Shown: positions 1-10,245 of the stretch, in pieces
How positions within the stretch are numbered: the first letter of the stretch is position 1
Layout of the letters: each line of letters starts with the position of its first letter
Source of the DNA: a virus
DNA: 63,895 nt
IMG/VR virus record: IMGVR_UViG_3300021256_000015
Span: 1 to 63,895 of that record
Direction: 5' to 3' (one strand)
Translations under genes and position numbers: made by a program
The notes under the pieces: model-generated
What the model was told of the DNA's origin: nothing
The model's input: the letters and a program-made list of their open reading frames with translations, nothing else
The model's database searches: none

Positions 1-127
1 AACTATGAGCAGAGATATTTACGGTAAGAGATTAAAGATTGAACGGCAAAGCAGGAATATCAGTTTAAGACAGCTTGCCGAATTGTCAGGAGTCAACAAA
101 ACGACAATCCAGCGCATTGAGAGCGGT
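1..127. repeat. Terminal overlap, copy 1 (identical to the window end)
   Basis: aactatgagcagagatatttacgg...cgcattgagagcggt recurs from 63768 to the end of the window. Confidence 0.9.
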
Positions 128-217
128 GAAGTTTCTCCATCGTTAGAGACATTCGAGAAGATATTAAATGCCATGTCGCTGTGTTTGAAGATTGAGAGTA
201 AACGAAAAAATACTTAA
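5..217 (+). CDS. XRE-family helix-turn-helix transcriptional regulator (70 aa, Cro/Aca-like)
   Basis: LRQLAELSGVNKTTIQRIESGE is a classic HTH_3 signature. Its 5' part is duplicated at the window end. Confidence 0.85.
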   Translation: MSRDIYGKRLKIERQSRNISLRQLAELSGVNKTTIQRIESGEVSPSLETFEKILNAMSLCLKIESKRKNT

Positions 218-285
218 TCTTTCAAATTACATCTTAACTATCAAATAAGCAAATATTTAACCCTAATTTTGGCACATTGCTAAAA

Positions 286-336
286 TTTGAGATTTCAAGG
301 AAATCGCACGGCGGTTTCCTTTTTATTTTATATTTG
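286..336 (+). promoter_or_regulatory. Late-class promoter 1: TTTGAGATTTCA box (286-297), 31 nt, then -7 box TATATTTG (329-336)
   Basis: The same box and the same 31-nt spacing occur at 13772 and 49170. This copy sits 23 nt upstream of the tail operon start. Confidence 0.6.
298..328 (+). terminator. Weak hairpin plus T-tract after the HTH gene
   Basis: aggaaa-N11-tttcct followed by ttttatttt. The stem is A/T-rich, so confidence is low. Confidence 0.35.
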
Positions 337-359
337 CCGAAAAGAGACCAAGTAAGACG

Positions 360-2507
360 ATGAGGACTAAATTCCATATCATAGCAGGCACCACTACCCA
401 TGAAATATCAACCACAGATATAAAGAACTGGGACGAGGTAAAATTCACGCTGGAGCGTAAGGACTACAGCGGCGTTACTCGCACATTTTCATCTCAGTTT
501 GAGTTTGTGGGTGAGGCATATAGCCTTTTGCGCGACATGTACCTTTCAGATGGTTTCCTTGCCAGTGCCAGTGTGGCTGTATCAACAAAGAATAACGACT
601 GGACATATACAGAGCAATTCCGTTGTCCACTTGATTTCTCAACCATTGAAATAGAGCATGGAGTGCTTACTATAAGCTCTATTGACAACACACTCGCAGG
701 ACTACTAAAGGCGAAGAAAAGCACTAAGTTTGAGTGGCCAGTGAGTGATTTCACGTTTCAACGAGTTAGCGTCGCTCGACTGGCTATTGTCAACAGTGCC
801 AATTTTAGATTTACTGAGTCATATACTTCCAACGCTGCTTTCTTTGAGCTTATAAGAACATCGGACGCAATCGTAACGACTGAATATATAGAGCCAAAGA
901 ACCAGACGCATATTGCACCGCTCAATGAGTTCTTTGCAAAAGTCACCTCACCTGGAGCGACATTAAAAGTCGTCGTTGAGGGTGTAGTGCGTTGCCCATT
1001 TTGCCCATATTATTGTGACGGTTACAATGATATCGCATATAACAACATCTCTGAAGTATCGAAACCAGCCGTAGCTGACGTACAGCTTTGTTACTACTAC
1101 ATCGACCCCAATGGGTTAAATAGTGGATTTCGCAAGTGGGCGACGATGTTCAATAACGATATTTACGATTTAGTGGTGCATGGATCTCACATCAACGCTC
1201 TCGTTAATTTCGTGCTTGAAAGTACATTCTTTTCACTTGACGCATTAAAGACAGCTGCAGCCGCTCGATGGGGCGCAAACATGGGAAGTGAGTATAACGG
1301 AGTGTTTGGAGTCGTAGGCAGTGAGACTGATTATAGTCACGCCTCATATTGGGAAAATAACACCGTCTATGAGTTCCAAAACGGGCAATGGATAAACAAA
1401 GGAGCTGCAAAATACTACTATCAGGACAGGAATATAATAGTAAGTTCCAGTATGCCGCCTACTGTACTCACTGGCGATAGTTATGCACAATTAAAGACCA
1501 TCAACGAGGTATATTTCAGAGATGGCTCTATGCACATCGAATGGGCAGACCCAATTAGAGCCGACATCTCTTGCCGGGCAATCCGTCCACTGGAACTTGC
1601 CACGAAGATAGTGCAAAGCATAAGTCCAACCGCAAGCGTCGAGATAGACACCAATGACGATGAGAGGTTTGCACAGACATTCATCGTCGCTGGCGAGGAA
1701 TTGAGGCAAATAGGGACTGCAAAGGTATATTCCACATTCCAGCAATTCACGGAGTGGATCGAGGCCGTATTTGGTTACTCCTACAAAATAGAGAATGAAA
1801 GCACCGTCCACTTCACACATCGCTCTAATCTCTTTGGCAGTAGCGTTGTCAAGGTGTTTGATTTCGTGAGTGACGTGAAATTCAGCATTGACACCGACCT
1901 CATCTATGCCGAGGTGCAGGCAGGGTATGCCAAAAAGGACTACGGCGAGATTAACGGCCGTTACGAAAAGAACTTCACCAACTACTATACTACTGGTTAC
2001 AATGCAACTGATAAGAAACTGCAGCTTATAAGCAAGTACAGAGCTGACGTATATGGCATCGAGTTCACTGCGAGAAAGAGCGAGAGCGAGACCAAAGACG
2101 ATAAGGCAGATGAGGATGTATTCGTATTGCAAGCATCTTCAAGCGGTGGCACTATCAGTTATGACAACACTAACACGATATTCAGTCCGGCTATGTGCAT
2201 TGACAGCAACAAGTCGTTTATAGCTGCACTTGGCAACGGCAAAGCCATCACACTCACCATGACATCGAGCGACGGAGACAATGAACTGAGTAATATCTCC
2301 ATCGTAGCTGGCACCGCTCTTTTTACTGCAAGCAAAATCGAGTTCAAAACTGACGATATGATAATCCCTGAGGATTGGGACGGTGTGTTGCAGTTCGACC
2401 ACGGAGGGTATCGCTTCAAGGGTTATATCTCCAAAGCCGAGGCGAGTTACGGACGGCAGAGTGGGGTTGAGTACACATTAATCGTCAAAAGCATCACGAA
2501 ACTATGA
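360..2507 (+). CDS. Tail/baseplate structural protein, putative (715 aa)
   Basis: First gene behind the late promoter and stop/start-coupled to the next structural genes. No recognisable motif. Confidence 0.6.
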   Translation: MRTKFHIIAGTTTHEISTTDIKNWDEVKFTLERKDYSGVTRTFSSQFEFVGEAYSLLRDMYLSDGFLASASVAVSTKNNDWTYTEQFRCPLDFSTIEIEHGVLTISSIDNTLAGLLKAKKSTKFEWPVSDFTFQRVSVARLAIVNSANFRFTESYTSNAAFFELIRTSDAIVTTEYIEPKNQTHIAPLNEFFAKVTSPGATLKVVVEGVVRCPFCPYYCDGYNDIAYNNISEVSKPAVADVQLCYYYIDPNGLNSGFRKWATMFNNDIYDLVVHGSHINALVNFVLESTFFSLDALKTAAAARWGANMGSEYNGVFGVVGSETDYSHASYWENNTVYEFQNGQWINKGAAKYYYQDRNIIVSSSMPPTVLTGDSYAQLKTINEVYFRDGSMHIEWADPIRADISCRAIRPLELATKIVQSISPTASVEIDTNDDERFAQTFIVAGEELRQIGTAKVYSTFQQFTEWIEAVFGYSYKIENESTVHFTHRSNLFGSSVVKVFDFVSDVKFSIDTDLIYAEVQAGYAKKDYGEINGRYEKNFTNYYTTGYNATDKKLQLISKYRADVYGIEFTARKSESETKDDKADEDVFVLQASSSGGTISYDNTNTIFSPAMCIDSNKSFIAALGNGKAITLTMTSSDGDNELSNISIVAGTALFTASKIEFKTDDMIIPEDWDGVLQFDHGGYRFKGYISKAEASYGRQSGVEYTLIVKSITKL

Positions 2508-3352
2508 TACTATCACCATTCACACCAATATTCTTTGAGCCACGCAAAGGACGCAATGGAGTCCCAAGCAACTACATTCAGACCTTTGCGCCAAGCGACC
2601 AGATAATGTTGCAGTTCATCGGAGTCACTGGAGAGGCACCACCAACCACACGGGTAATTGATGCCTATGATGACTCGGTGCTCTACACCATTGAGTGGAG
2701 CCTTTGGCAGATGAACCCTAATGACTTGCTATATTTCGTTGTGATTACCGGATTGAGCTGCGGCCACTACTATGTCACCATTGACGGCATAGGCACGAGT
2801 GAACCATTTAAAGTTACAGACTATGAGCCTGAACTTAACCAGACCACACTCATTCAATATGCGATGAAGGACAACAAGCAGCGGGACGACGCTGTATTCC
2901 TCATTGACAGTATGCCTACATTCTTTGACTTCCGTGTGCCTGGTGGCTTCAAGGATGGTGGTTGGCAATTTTCTGTGGAAAACGAGCAATTCGTCACGGA
3001 AGATGCCAATATCGTTGAGTTGTATGGCATGGAGAGTACCGCAAAGACTTTCACGATGGGAGAGGGTGACGGTGTACCTATATGGTTTGCCGAATTGCTC
3101 AATAGATTGCTCACTTGCCACTACGTCTATTTTGATGGAGTGCGCTTTGCGAGGAAAGAGAGCAACGTTCCCGAAGTCATTTCCAATGATGACTTGCTAA
3201 ACTCATTCGTAATAACACAGGTCGTGCAGAAAGTCACTTTGCTCAATCCTGCCATAGAGCGGTCAAACCACATAGCGATGAGGCGTGTTGACAATGAATA
3301 TTACAGAACGAGTGATATAGACAACGAAAATATTAATCGATTAATCATATAA
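2504..3352 (+). CDS. Tail/baseplate structural protein, putative (282 aa)
   Basis: ATGA overlap with the upstream gene; lies between large tail genes. Confidence 0.6.
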   Translation: MILSPFTPIFFEPRKGRNGVPSNYIQTFAPSDQIMLQFIGVTGEAPPTTRVIDAYDDSVLYTIEWSLWQMNPNDLLYFVVITGLSCGHYYVTIDGIGTSEPFKVTDYEPELNQTTLIQYAMKDNKQRDDAVFLIDSMPTFFDFRVPGGFKDGGWQFSVENEQFVTEDANIVELYGMESTAKTFTMGEGDGVPIWFAELLNRLLTCHYVYFDGVRFARKESNVPEVISNDDLLNSFVITQVVQKVTLLNPAIERSNHIAMRRVDNEYYRTSDIDNENINRLII

Positions 3353-3356
3353 AGAC

Positions 3357-6300
3357 ATGACAGCCGAAGAGAAACAAGAGATTATCAATGCCGTGCTTTC
3401 GTCAATCAGGACGAACAGTAAGACAATCACTCAGCTGACTCCCGTCACCGAACTCGCAGAAACTGACAGCTTCGAGATAAGTGGCGGCAAGCGAGTGACA
3501 TTTGGAGTGTTGAGTTCTCTCATCGCCTCGATGAGTGACACCGACACAGACGCATTGCTTGCCGCCATAGCGTTAAAGAGCCTCAAGTCTGTTTCTATCA
3601 CAACAACAGAGTCCACAGCCACTCTCACAATCAGCAATGCCGAGGACACCATAATATCATGCAGCGTGCCCATCGCTACTGAAAACAAAGCTGGCATTAT
3701 CACCGCAGCACAGAAAATAAAAATAGATAGTGCCTACACAAATTCACAGACAGCTCTCACGCAATCTAACGAGGCTAAGAACGCTGTAGCAAATATCAAC
3801 AACAAACTTGGTCAGCCCAATGGTATTGCCACGCTTGACGGTAATGGTAAGCTTGTGAGCAATCAAGTGCCAAGCAACATTCCAACTTTAACTAACGGAA
3901 AACTCAGTGAAAGTGTTATTCCTAACGGTGTGGCGACCCTTGATGAGAATGGGAAACTTGACAGTAATCAAATCCCTGAGGATGTTGCACGCCTTGATGA
4001 AGACGGGAAATTACAAGAGTCGCTGTTGCCTTCTAAAGCGCATGACACGTTGGAGTTCTATGGCATCCTTGACACAGCAACCATACTACCACAGAGCAAA
4101 GCGAAGTACAGCACAGACGAAGGTGTAAGGATTTACTACATACTATCTGCAAAGCAGTTTGCTTGCAGTGATGACGAGGGAGAGACATTCTACTCTAACT
4201 GGTTAGACCGAGGCCGATATAGTGATGCAAATTTTGCACCCTGGAGTAGCAAGGCTTACATTTGCACATCGACCGATGTACTTTATTACTGGAAGGCAAG
4301 TGCTGCCACTTTGCAACCTATGGGCAAGGACTTTACCAATGAAATAGCTCAGGTGCAGGAAAACATAGATGATGTTCAGAGCGATGTTGATAGAATAGAG
4401 ACTGACATCAGCAATATTAAGGCAAGTATCGCGCCACGGTTGATGTTTGACGGCAATTTGCTAACAGGTAATTCTGACAACAGCCTCACCTTGTCACAAT
4501 TCGTGGCACTAACCAACGCATCTGAAGATTATGCCCATGTCCGTAAAAGAGGTGTGGTAATCAACCTCACAACTCCTGACGGCTTGAAGTCGTATCAATG
4601 GAAAGGCACTACTTGGGCCGATGTGGAAGACTGGAAAGAGTACGGAGGAAGTGCCGCCGTGGGTAATTGCTACAATGTGACCAATGAGATACCCATAAGC
4701 GGATATTACGACCTTGCAAGTGCGATTGTGGCCACATACGGCAAAGGACTTGCAGCCATAGGTATGCAGATAACATTCGCCGTTGGTGCCTCGACGTGGA
4801 AGACATATCAGTACGTTGGTGCAAACGTTGCACAAGCCAACTTCACGAATGAGTCCAACTGGATTGATATGGCAGGTATGAGTGCCGGAAGCGAGCCTGT
4901 AATCAATGTCAATGCTTTATGTGGAGCGCCTGTCAGTGGTGGCTATTACACATTATCGAGTGCGAGAGATGCCATCAGCAATCTAACAGTACGCACTGGC
5001 ATCGACTACAAAAAGAGCGGACTTGTAATCACCTACCTCGTTGGCGAGAATGAGTGGGAAACCAAGCAGTTCAATGGTGTTGTTGAGGATTTTGCCAATG
5101 ATAATATGTGGAGTGTTTTCGGAGAGTCAGGCGAGACGATAGAGTTGAGTCCAACGCCAGCTCCAGCTACAGCGCAAGACCCACCAAAGGCATTCTCTAC
5201 AGAAGGAGCGTATGAGTACCTACCCGATAGTGTCACACCACTAACTGAGGAGGAAGTTGACGCACTCGACAACACCGATACTGAAAACTACAACTACTAC
5301 AAGTTCACTAACGCTGATGGTGATAAGATAGGCTCTGCATTTCCTTTGCCCAAAGGAGGTGGTGGCGGTGGCAGCGGTCAAGTGAAAGTCACAGCAATCG
5401 CTTTTCAGCAATCGCCAATAGCGGCTGCAGCTGGCAGTGACAACTTCGTAATCCATGCCTCAATTCGCTCTATGGTAGGTGAGATAGCATACGACATCCA
5501 CACCATACAAGTCGTTGACAATTCCACCAAACAGACGTTAATGACTTTGACACCTGACCAACCAAGTAGTGCAAGTGCCAGCGACTACTCTTTCACTATT
5601 GACGTGTCGCCATTCTGTAAAGAGGCAGGAACTCGATATATCAAGATTATCGCTACTGACAATTCGGACCAGGCAACCCAATTCAGCCGTACCATCACCG
5701 TCAAGTCAGTTGACGTGACAGTACGCACGATTGATAACCTCGCCGCTAATATGGTAAGCACAACCGACACTGGCAAGGTGTTGACACTTTACCAGTTCCC
5801 AAATAATCAGGGTAGCAATATTGAGGCAAAAGTCGATATTTACGTCAACAATACTTGGAAAAACCTTACCACCGCGACCGTAAGGGATAACTCCTTCCAT
5901 GCCATCACCATCAATGCCACCAATATAGGCAACGATGTTGCATTGGCTCATGGCAGTTATTTATTGCGTATTCAGGGCAGAGATTTGGATAGCAACGTGA
6001 CTGGCAACATCATCTACACATCTTTGCTGGTAGTGAACTCATCAAGCAGCGTGCCGGTGATAGCGTTACGTTATAATGACGTGAGCGGATCTGGCACCAT
6101 CAAGCAGTACGAGACACTGACGATGGAGATTGCCGCCTATGTCAACGACAGTCAAACTGTAGATGTCACTTTAAAAAAGAACACGGCCAATGTAAGCACT
6201 TTCACAGCAGTGCGCAATCGAACCTATGAGATTAGCCAGCAAGTTCAGGAGAGCGGTGACACTATATCGCCAACCACATTGGTATTCCAGGCTGTCAGTG

Positions 6301-9300
6301 GCACAGCTCATAGTGGAAATGTGACTGTGAATGTTGTAGGCAGTGCCATTGACGCTTCAATATATTCAGGCGCATTGTATGCCTTTGACTTCGCAACACG
6401 CTCCAATAGCGAGAGCGATCACACTATCAGTAACAACGGCAAAACGATGGCTGTTAATGGTGTCAACTGGAACTCCACTGGATTTGTGAAATACCTCGGT
6501 GCAACAGCGTTTCGCATTGCAGAGAAAGCTAAAGCGTCAATTAACCATGAACCCTACGCAGACGCAACATTGAAAGCTAACGGCATGGGTATCCTCTTTT
6601 CCTTTGCTGCAAACCACATTGCCGATGACTCCGCTAAACTCATCAGTTGTTATGACCCATCAAGCGGAGCTGGTTTCTATGTCAGTGGCTCAAAGATAGC
6701 GATATTCTGCAATTCAGGAAGTCCACAACTCGTAGAGCGCGGTTACAGCGTCGGTGAGAAAGTTACTGTAGGCATAGTAGTAGAGCCTAATACAAATGAC
6801 AATATAGTAAGTCAGCTCGGTGTCAACTACGCTTTGATGAAACTCTACATCAACGGCGAGGAGGCTGGATGTATAGGTTACAATCCCACAACCGCAGACC
6901 TCACACAATCCAACAACATATCATTTGACGGCACATATGGTGACTTGTATTTGTATTGGTTTATGGCATGGAATGAGGCTCAGGGTATTAACTGGCAGCA
7001 GTCATTCCACAACTACCTCGTTAAATGCACCGATACAGAGGCAATGATTGATGAGTATGAGTTTGAAGATGTATATACCAGCGTTATTGCCAATGGTCCC
7101 GACCGTGACGCAATATATAGTCGTGGAATGCCATACATCATTGAGAGTCCATTTTTGGGCAGCGACATTGAGTCACTTGATGGCACGATGTCAACAAAAG
7201 ATGCAATATTCATCACATTGCGATACTATGACCCAGCAAGGCCGTGGCGCAACTTTATTGCTTATGGTGTGCAGAAACGCAACCAGGGCACGACATCGGC
7301 AAAGCGTCCAGTGAAGAACGCACGTTACTATTTTGCTAAGAAGAAGGGCATGTCAGAGAACGGCACGCTTGTAGGTTATGACATCGTAAACGGTTTAACA
7401 CAACGCGGCACCACCTATCAAGGCGTGCACATGGAACTGTTGGAGCCCAACTATGCGGAAGACCACAACATCACTGACGCTGCAATTCTTGCCGATATTG
7501 CAATCACGAAATCCCTCATCGCAAAGAATAAAATCCGTGTTGGTGCAAGCACAATTCCAGTTGACCTCATTACAGTCAAAGTGGATTACTCGGACAGTAC
7601 CAACGCAAACGACTGCGCCGCTTGCAACCTTATGAATGCCACATATCGAATGTTAGGCAGTGAGTACATGACCCCTGCACAGCGTTACTATGATGGTACT
7701 TATAAGGTCAATGACGATTTGACTATTAATGGTTTGAACCTAAACCACTCGACCGCAAACCATCCAGTAGCGACATATCGCAGTCTCACAGAGGCAATCA
7801 ACGCCCCATATTTCTATGCAAAGGGCAACTGGAAGGAGGATAAGGGCGAGCAAGTCGCACTTGGTTTCAAAGATACTCCTGGTTACAACAAGGGTTGTTT
7901 GAACTATGGTGATTTCGTTGAGTTCATTGGCACGTCAAGTGAGACACTTACACAGACCGTTAATCGCTTCCTGAATGTGAACACGGAAAAAGATGAAAGT
8001 AAGATATATCTAATATCGCAATATTGTGGCAGTAGTTATAAGTTCTACCGTTGCATTGAAGGCACTTGGACAGACACCACCGGAACGATGCAGCAGGTGA
8101 ACGGCAAGTGGACAATAGCTGGTGACGTTCTCAATCCAGTAGAGGGATTTGAGCTTTTGACCTATCAGGGACTTTGCTGGTGGAAGGGAGTGAGCAGCGT
8201 GGCCGAGATGATGGACACATCTCTTGAAGACAAGTCGTCGTGGGTACAAAAGCTCATTGATGGAGGCAAGGTGCAAGCATCTGAAGTGCCACAATGGACT
8301 CGTTACTTCGAGTGTATGGTGGATGATGATGACCTCGCACTCGCTTACGCAAAGGGATTGAAAGTGCCATATTTCCTCTATAGGCTGCTTTGTTTCTGCC
8401 ATAGCGTTGACTATGCCACCGTTGCAGAGGCGACTTGGAAAGCGAACTGGCGTGCTAATGCCTACAAGTACATGAATGTGAAAGCACTCATGGTTTATTA
8501 CTTGTTCACTGACTATCTCGCTGCTGTGGACCAGCAAGCAAAGAATATGCAACCGATGTTTTTCCTCGACGATGGCGGCACAGTAATCAACGGCGTGTAT
8601 AACGATGAGAAATACATGAGAATGTACCCTAATAAGGTATATGACGCTGATACGCTCATGGGTAAGGACAACGATGGCGGTGACACTATAGACCCCGAAG
8701 TTGACGAGATGAAGGCATCGAACTTCAACGACCTCAATCCATTCATGGGTTATGGCAGTATCTTGTGGCAAGACCTCAACAGACAAACAGAGATGGTGTA
8801 TAATGCAAGTGGCAATATCATAACACTCTATCAGGTTGCCAGCCTCATGCGTGGCGGTACTACCGTTGTTGATGATAAGACCCTGAGTCCTTTCAGTCCA
8901 GATGGCTGCAAGTACTTTTTCCTTGACAAAATCATCAAGAAGTGGCAAAAGACTGTGAGCTCGTTTGATGGTGAGCATAAATTCATCAAGTCCGAAATTG
9001 ACCCAGCGAGCGGCTCAAGCAGTCCATACTTCTATGCGCTGCATGGTTTGCGTCTCACAGCATTGCCGTCCTTCATTGAGAAACGCTTTGCCTTCCGTGA
9101 CGCATACTACCATTGTGGCAGTTTCACAAGTGGAGTAATCGGTGGCCGTATCAACGCTCCTGATAACGCAAAGATACGCATTACCGCCGCTAAGGATGGT
9201 TTCTTTGCTTTTGGCAATGATGCAGGTGGCAGTGTCAGTGGCAGCGTGTATCTCGAGGCAGGTGACAGCTACGAGTTCAATGTAGGCACACAAAATAGCG

Positions 9301-10229
9301 GTAAGCTGTTGTACATCTATCAGGCACACCGACTGAAAGCCATTGACCTGAGTGAGTTGTCACTTGACAGTACTTGGGGTTTCGGCACTTGCGAGTTGAT
9401 TGAGTCGCTGAAGATTGGCAGTAACAGCCATTCGGAGATGGGTATGAGTGTCGGTACTGCATTGACATCTCCAGTAATCGGTGAGCTGCCATTCCTGAAA
9501 GAGATTGACATCCGTAACACTTCCATCACTTCGTTAGATTTGGGAGGGTGTCCGAGACTTGAGGAGGTACTTGCCAGTGGCACGTCACTGACTACTTTGA
9601 CACTTGCACAGACCTCGCCGATTGACACGCTCACTTTGCCGGCCACTATGACCTCGCTGAATTTCATAAACCTGCCAAGTCTAAAATATCCTGCATCGAG
9701 TGGGATCGGTTTGACTTTGAATGGAGTGACGGCAGTTGTCACATTGCGCATCGAGGGCTCTCCGAAAATCAACGCATCAACGCTTTTGAAAGCCATCCTA
9801 ACCGCTCAGAGCACAATCAACAGACTATCCCGATTGAGAATAGCCAATCAGACCATGAAGGGTGATGGTACAGACCTTGCCACTCTCATAACCCGCAACG
9901 TCCAGGGACTCGATAGTGCAGGTCAGGCAATGTCAAAGCCTGTAATCGAGAGCGATTACCACTTGACAAAACTATACGAGAAGTATGAGATTGACGCATG
10001 GGAGGCAGCTATCTATGGGCTCGCTGTGCTGACGGTGATTGACGCTTACATCACGCTCATCAATGAGGTTAACGCCGAGGACTACGGCGGCACGAGCGAG
10101 GTGGAGACCGTGACACTCGCCAATGTGGATGAGCTGGCGTTCAATTACTACAATGGCGAGGAGTATGACGAATATGTCGCCACCTATGCCTCTGACAATG
10201 CCGACATCAACGTAATTGTTAATTCATAA
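3357..10229 (+). CDS. Giant multidomain tail fibre / adhesin (2290 aa)
   Basis: Three phage-fibre repeats (GIATLDGNGKL..., GVATLDENGKL..., RLDEDGKL...), a LamG/ConA-like stretch (LMKLYINGEEAG) and a leucine-rich-repeat block (LDLGGCPRLEEVLASGTSLTTLTL...). Confidence 0.8.
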   Translation: MTAEEKQEIINAVLSSIRTNSKTITQLTPVTELAETDSFEISGGKRVTFGVLSSLIASMSDTDTDALLAAIALKSLKSVSITTTESTATLTISNAEDTIISCSVPIATENKAGIITAAQKIKIDSAYTNSQTALTQSNEAKNAVANINNKLGQPNGIATLDGNGKLVSNQVPSNIPTLTNGKLSESVIPNGVATLDENGKLDSNQIPEDVARLDEDGKLQESLLPSKAHDTLEFYGILDTATILPQSKAKYSTDEGVRIYYILSAKQFACSDDEGETFYSNWLDRGRYSDANFAPWSSKAYICTSTDVLYYWKASAATLQPMGKDFTNEIAQVQENIDDVQSDVDRIETDISNIKASIAPRLMFDGNLLTGNSDNSLTLSQFVALTNASEDYAHVRKRGVVINLTTPDGLKSYQWKGTTWADVEDWKEYGGSAAVGNCYNVTNEIPISGYYDLASAIVATYGKGLAAIGMQITFAVGASTWKTYQYVGANVAQANFTNESNWIDMAGMSAGSEPVINVNALCGAPVSGGYYTLSSARDAISNLTVRTGIDYKKSGLVITYLVGENEWETKQFNGVVEDFANDNMWSVFGESGETIELSPTPAPATAQDPPKAFSTEGAYEYLPDSVTPLTEEEVDALDNTDTENYNYYKFTNADGDKIGSAFPLPKGGGGGGSGQVKVTAIAFQQSPIAAAAGSDNFVIHASIRSMVGEIAYDIHTIQVVDNSTKQTLMTLTPDQPSSASASDYSFTIDVSPFCKEAGTRYIKIIATDNSDQATQFSRTITVKSVDVTVRTIDNLAANMVSTTDTGKVLTLYQFPNNQGSNIEAKVDIYVNNTWKNLTTATVRDNSFHAITINATNIGNDVALAHGSYLLRIQGRDLDSNVTGNIIYTSLLVVNSSSSVPVIALRYNDVSGSGTIKQYETLTMEIAAYVNDSQTVDVTLKKNTANVSTFTAVRNRTYEISQQVQESGDTISPTTLVFQAVSGTAHSGNVTVNVVGSAIDASIYSGALYAFDFATRSNSESDHTISNNGKTMAVNGVNWNSTGFVKYLGATAFRIAEKAKASINHEPYADATLKANGMGILFSFAANHIADDSAKLISCYDPSSGAGFYVSGSKIAIFCNSGSPQLVERGYSVGEKVTVGIVVEPNTNDNIVSQLGVNYALMKLYINGEEAGCIGYNPTTADLTQSNNISFDGTYGDLYLYWFMAWNEAQGINWQQSFHNYLVKCTDTEAMIDEYEFEDVYTSVIANGPDRDAIYSRGMPYIIESPFLGSDIESLDGTMSTKDAIFITLRYYDPARPWRNFIAYGVQKRNQGTTSAKRPVKNARYYFAKKKGMSENGTLVGYDIVNGLTQRGTTYQGVHMELLEPNYAEDHNITDAAILADIAITKSLIAKNKIRVGASTIPVDLITVKVDYSDSTNANDCAACNLMNATYRMLGSEYMTPAQRYYDGTYKVNDDLTINGLNLNHSTANHPVATYRSLTEAINAPYFYAKGNWKEDKGEQVALGFKDTPGYNKGCLNYGDFVEFIGTSSETLTQTVNRFLNVNTEKDESKIYLISQYCGSSYKFYRCIEGTWTDTTGTMQQVNGKWTIAGDVLNPVEGFELLTYQGLCWWKGVSSVAEMMDTSLEDKSSWVQKLIDGGKVQASEVPQWTRYFECMVDDDDLALAYAKGLKVPYFLYRLLCFCHSVDYATVAEATWKANWRANAYKYMNVKALMVYYLFTDYLAAVDQQAKNMQPMFFLDDGGTVINGVYNDEKYMRMYPNKVYDADTLMGKDNDGGDTIDPEVDEMKASNFNDLNPFMGYGSILWQDLNRQTEMVYNASGNIITLYQVASLMRGGTTVVDDKTLSPFSPDGCKYFFLDKIIKKWQKTVSSFDGEHKFIKSEIDPASGSSSPYFYALHGLRLTALPSFIEKRFAFRDAYYHCGSFTSGVIGGRINAPDNAKIRITAAKDGFFAFGNDAGGSVSGSVYLEAGDSYEFNVGTQNSGKLLYIYQAHRLKAIDLSELSLDSTWGFGTCELIESLKIGSNSHSEMGMSVGTALTSPVIGELPFLKEIDIRNTSITSLDLGGCPRLEEVLASGTSLTTLTLAQTSPIDTLTLPATMTSLNFINLPSLKYPASSGIGLTLNGVTAVVTLRIEGSPKINASTLLKAILTAQSTINRLSRLRIANQTMKGDGTDLATLITRNVQGLDSAGQAMSKPVIESDYHLTKLYEKYEIDAWEAAIYGLAVLTVIDAYITLINEVNAEDYGGTSEVETVTLANVDELAFNYYNGEEYDEYVATYASDNADINVIVNS

Positions 10230-10245
10230 AAATTCGCGAACTACT

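Noticed and set aside
5340-5385. GGTGGTGGCGGTGGC-type runs (also 59060-59110) as slippage or contingency loci
   Set aside because: They are in-frame Gly linkers inside the fibre and tape-measure genes, with imperfect codon repeats. There is no evidence of phase variation from the sequence alone.
8010-8978. Long antisense ORFs inside large + strand genes (8010-8978, 1491-2132, 42595-43242, 52469-53242, 57929-58471, 61021-61875, all on the - strand)
   Set aside because: Each lies fully inside a well-supported + strand gene or crosses a terminator. Their products are low-complexity (S/R/L/C-rich) with no motifs or promoter boxes, which is the typical shadow-ORF pattern.
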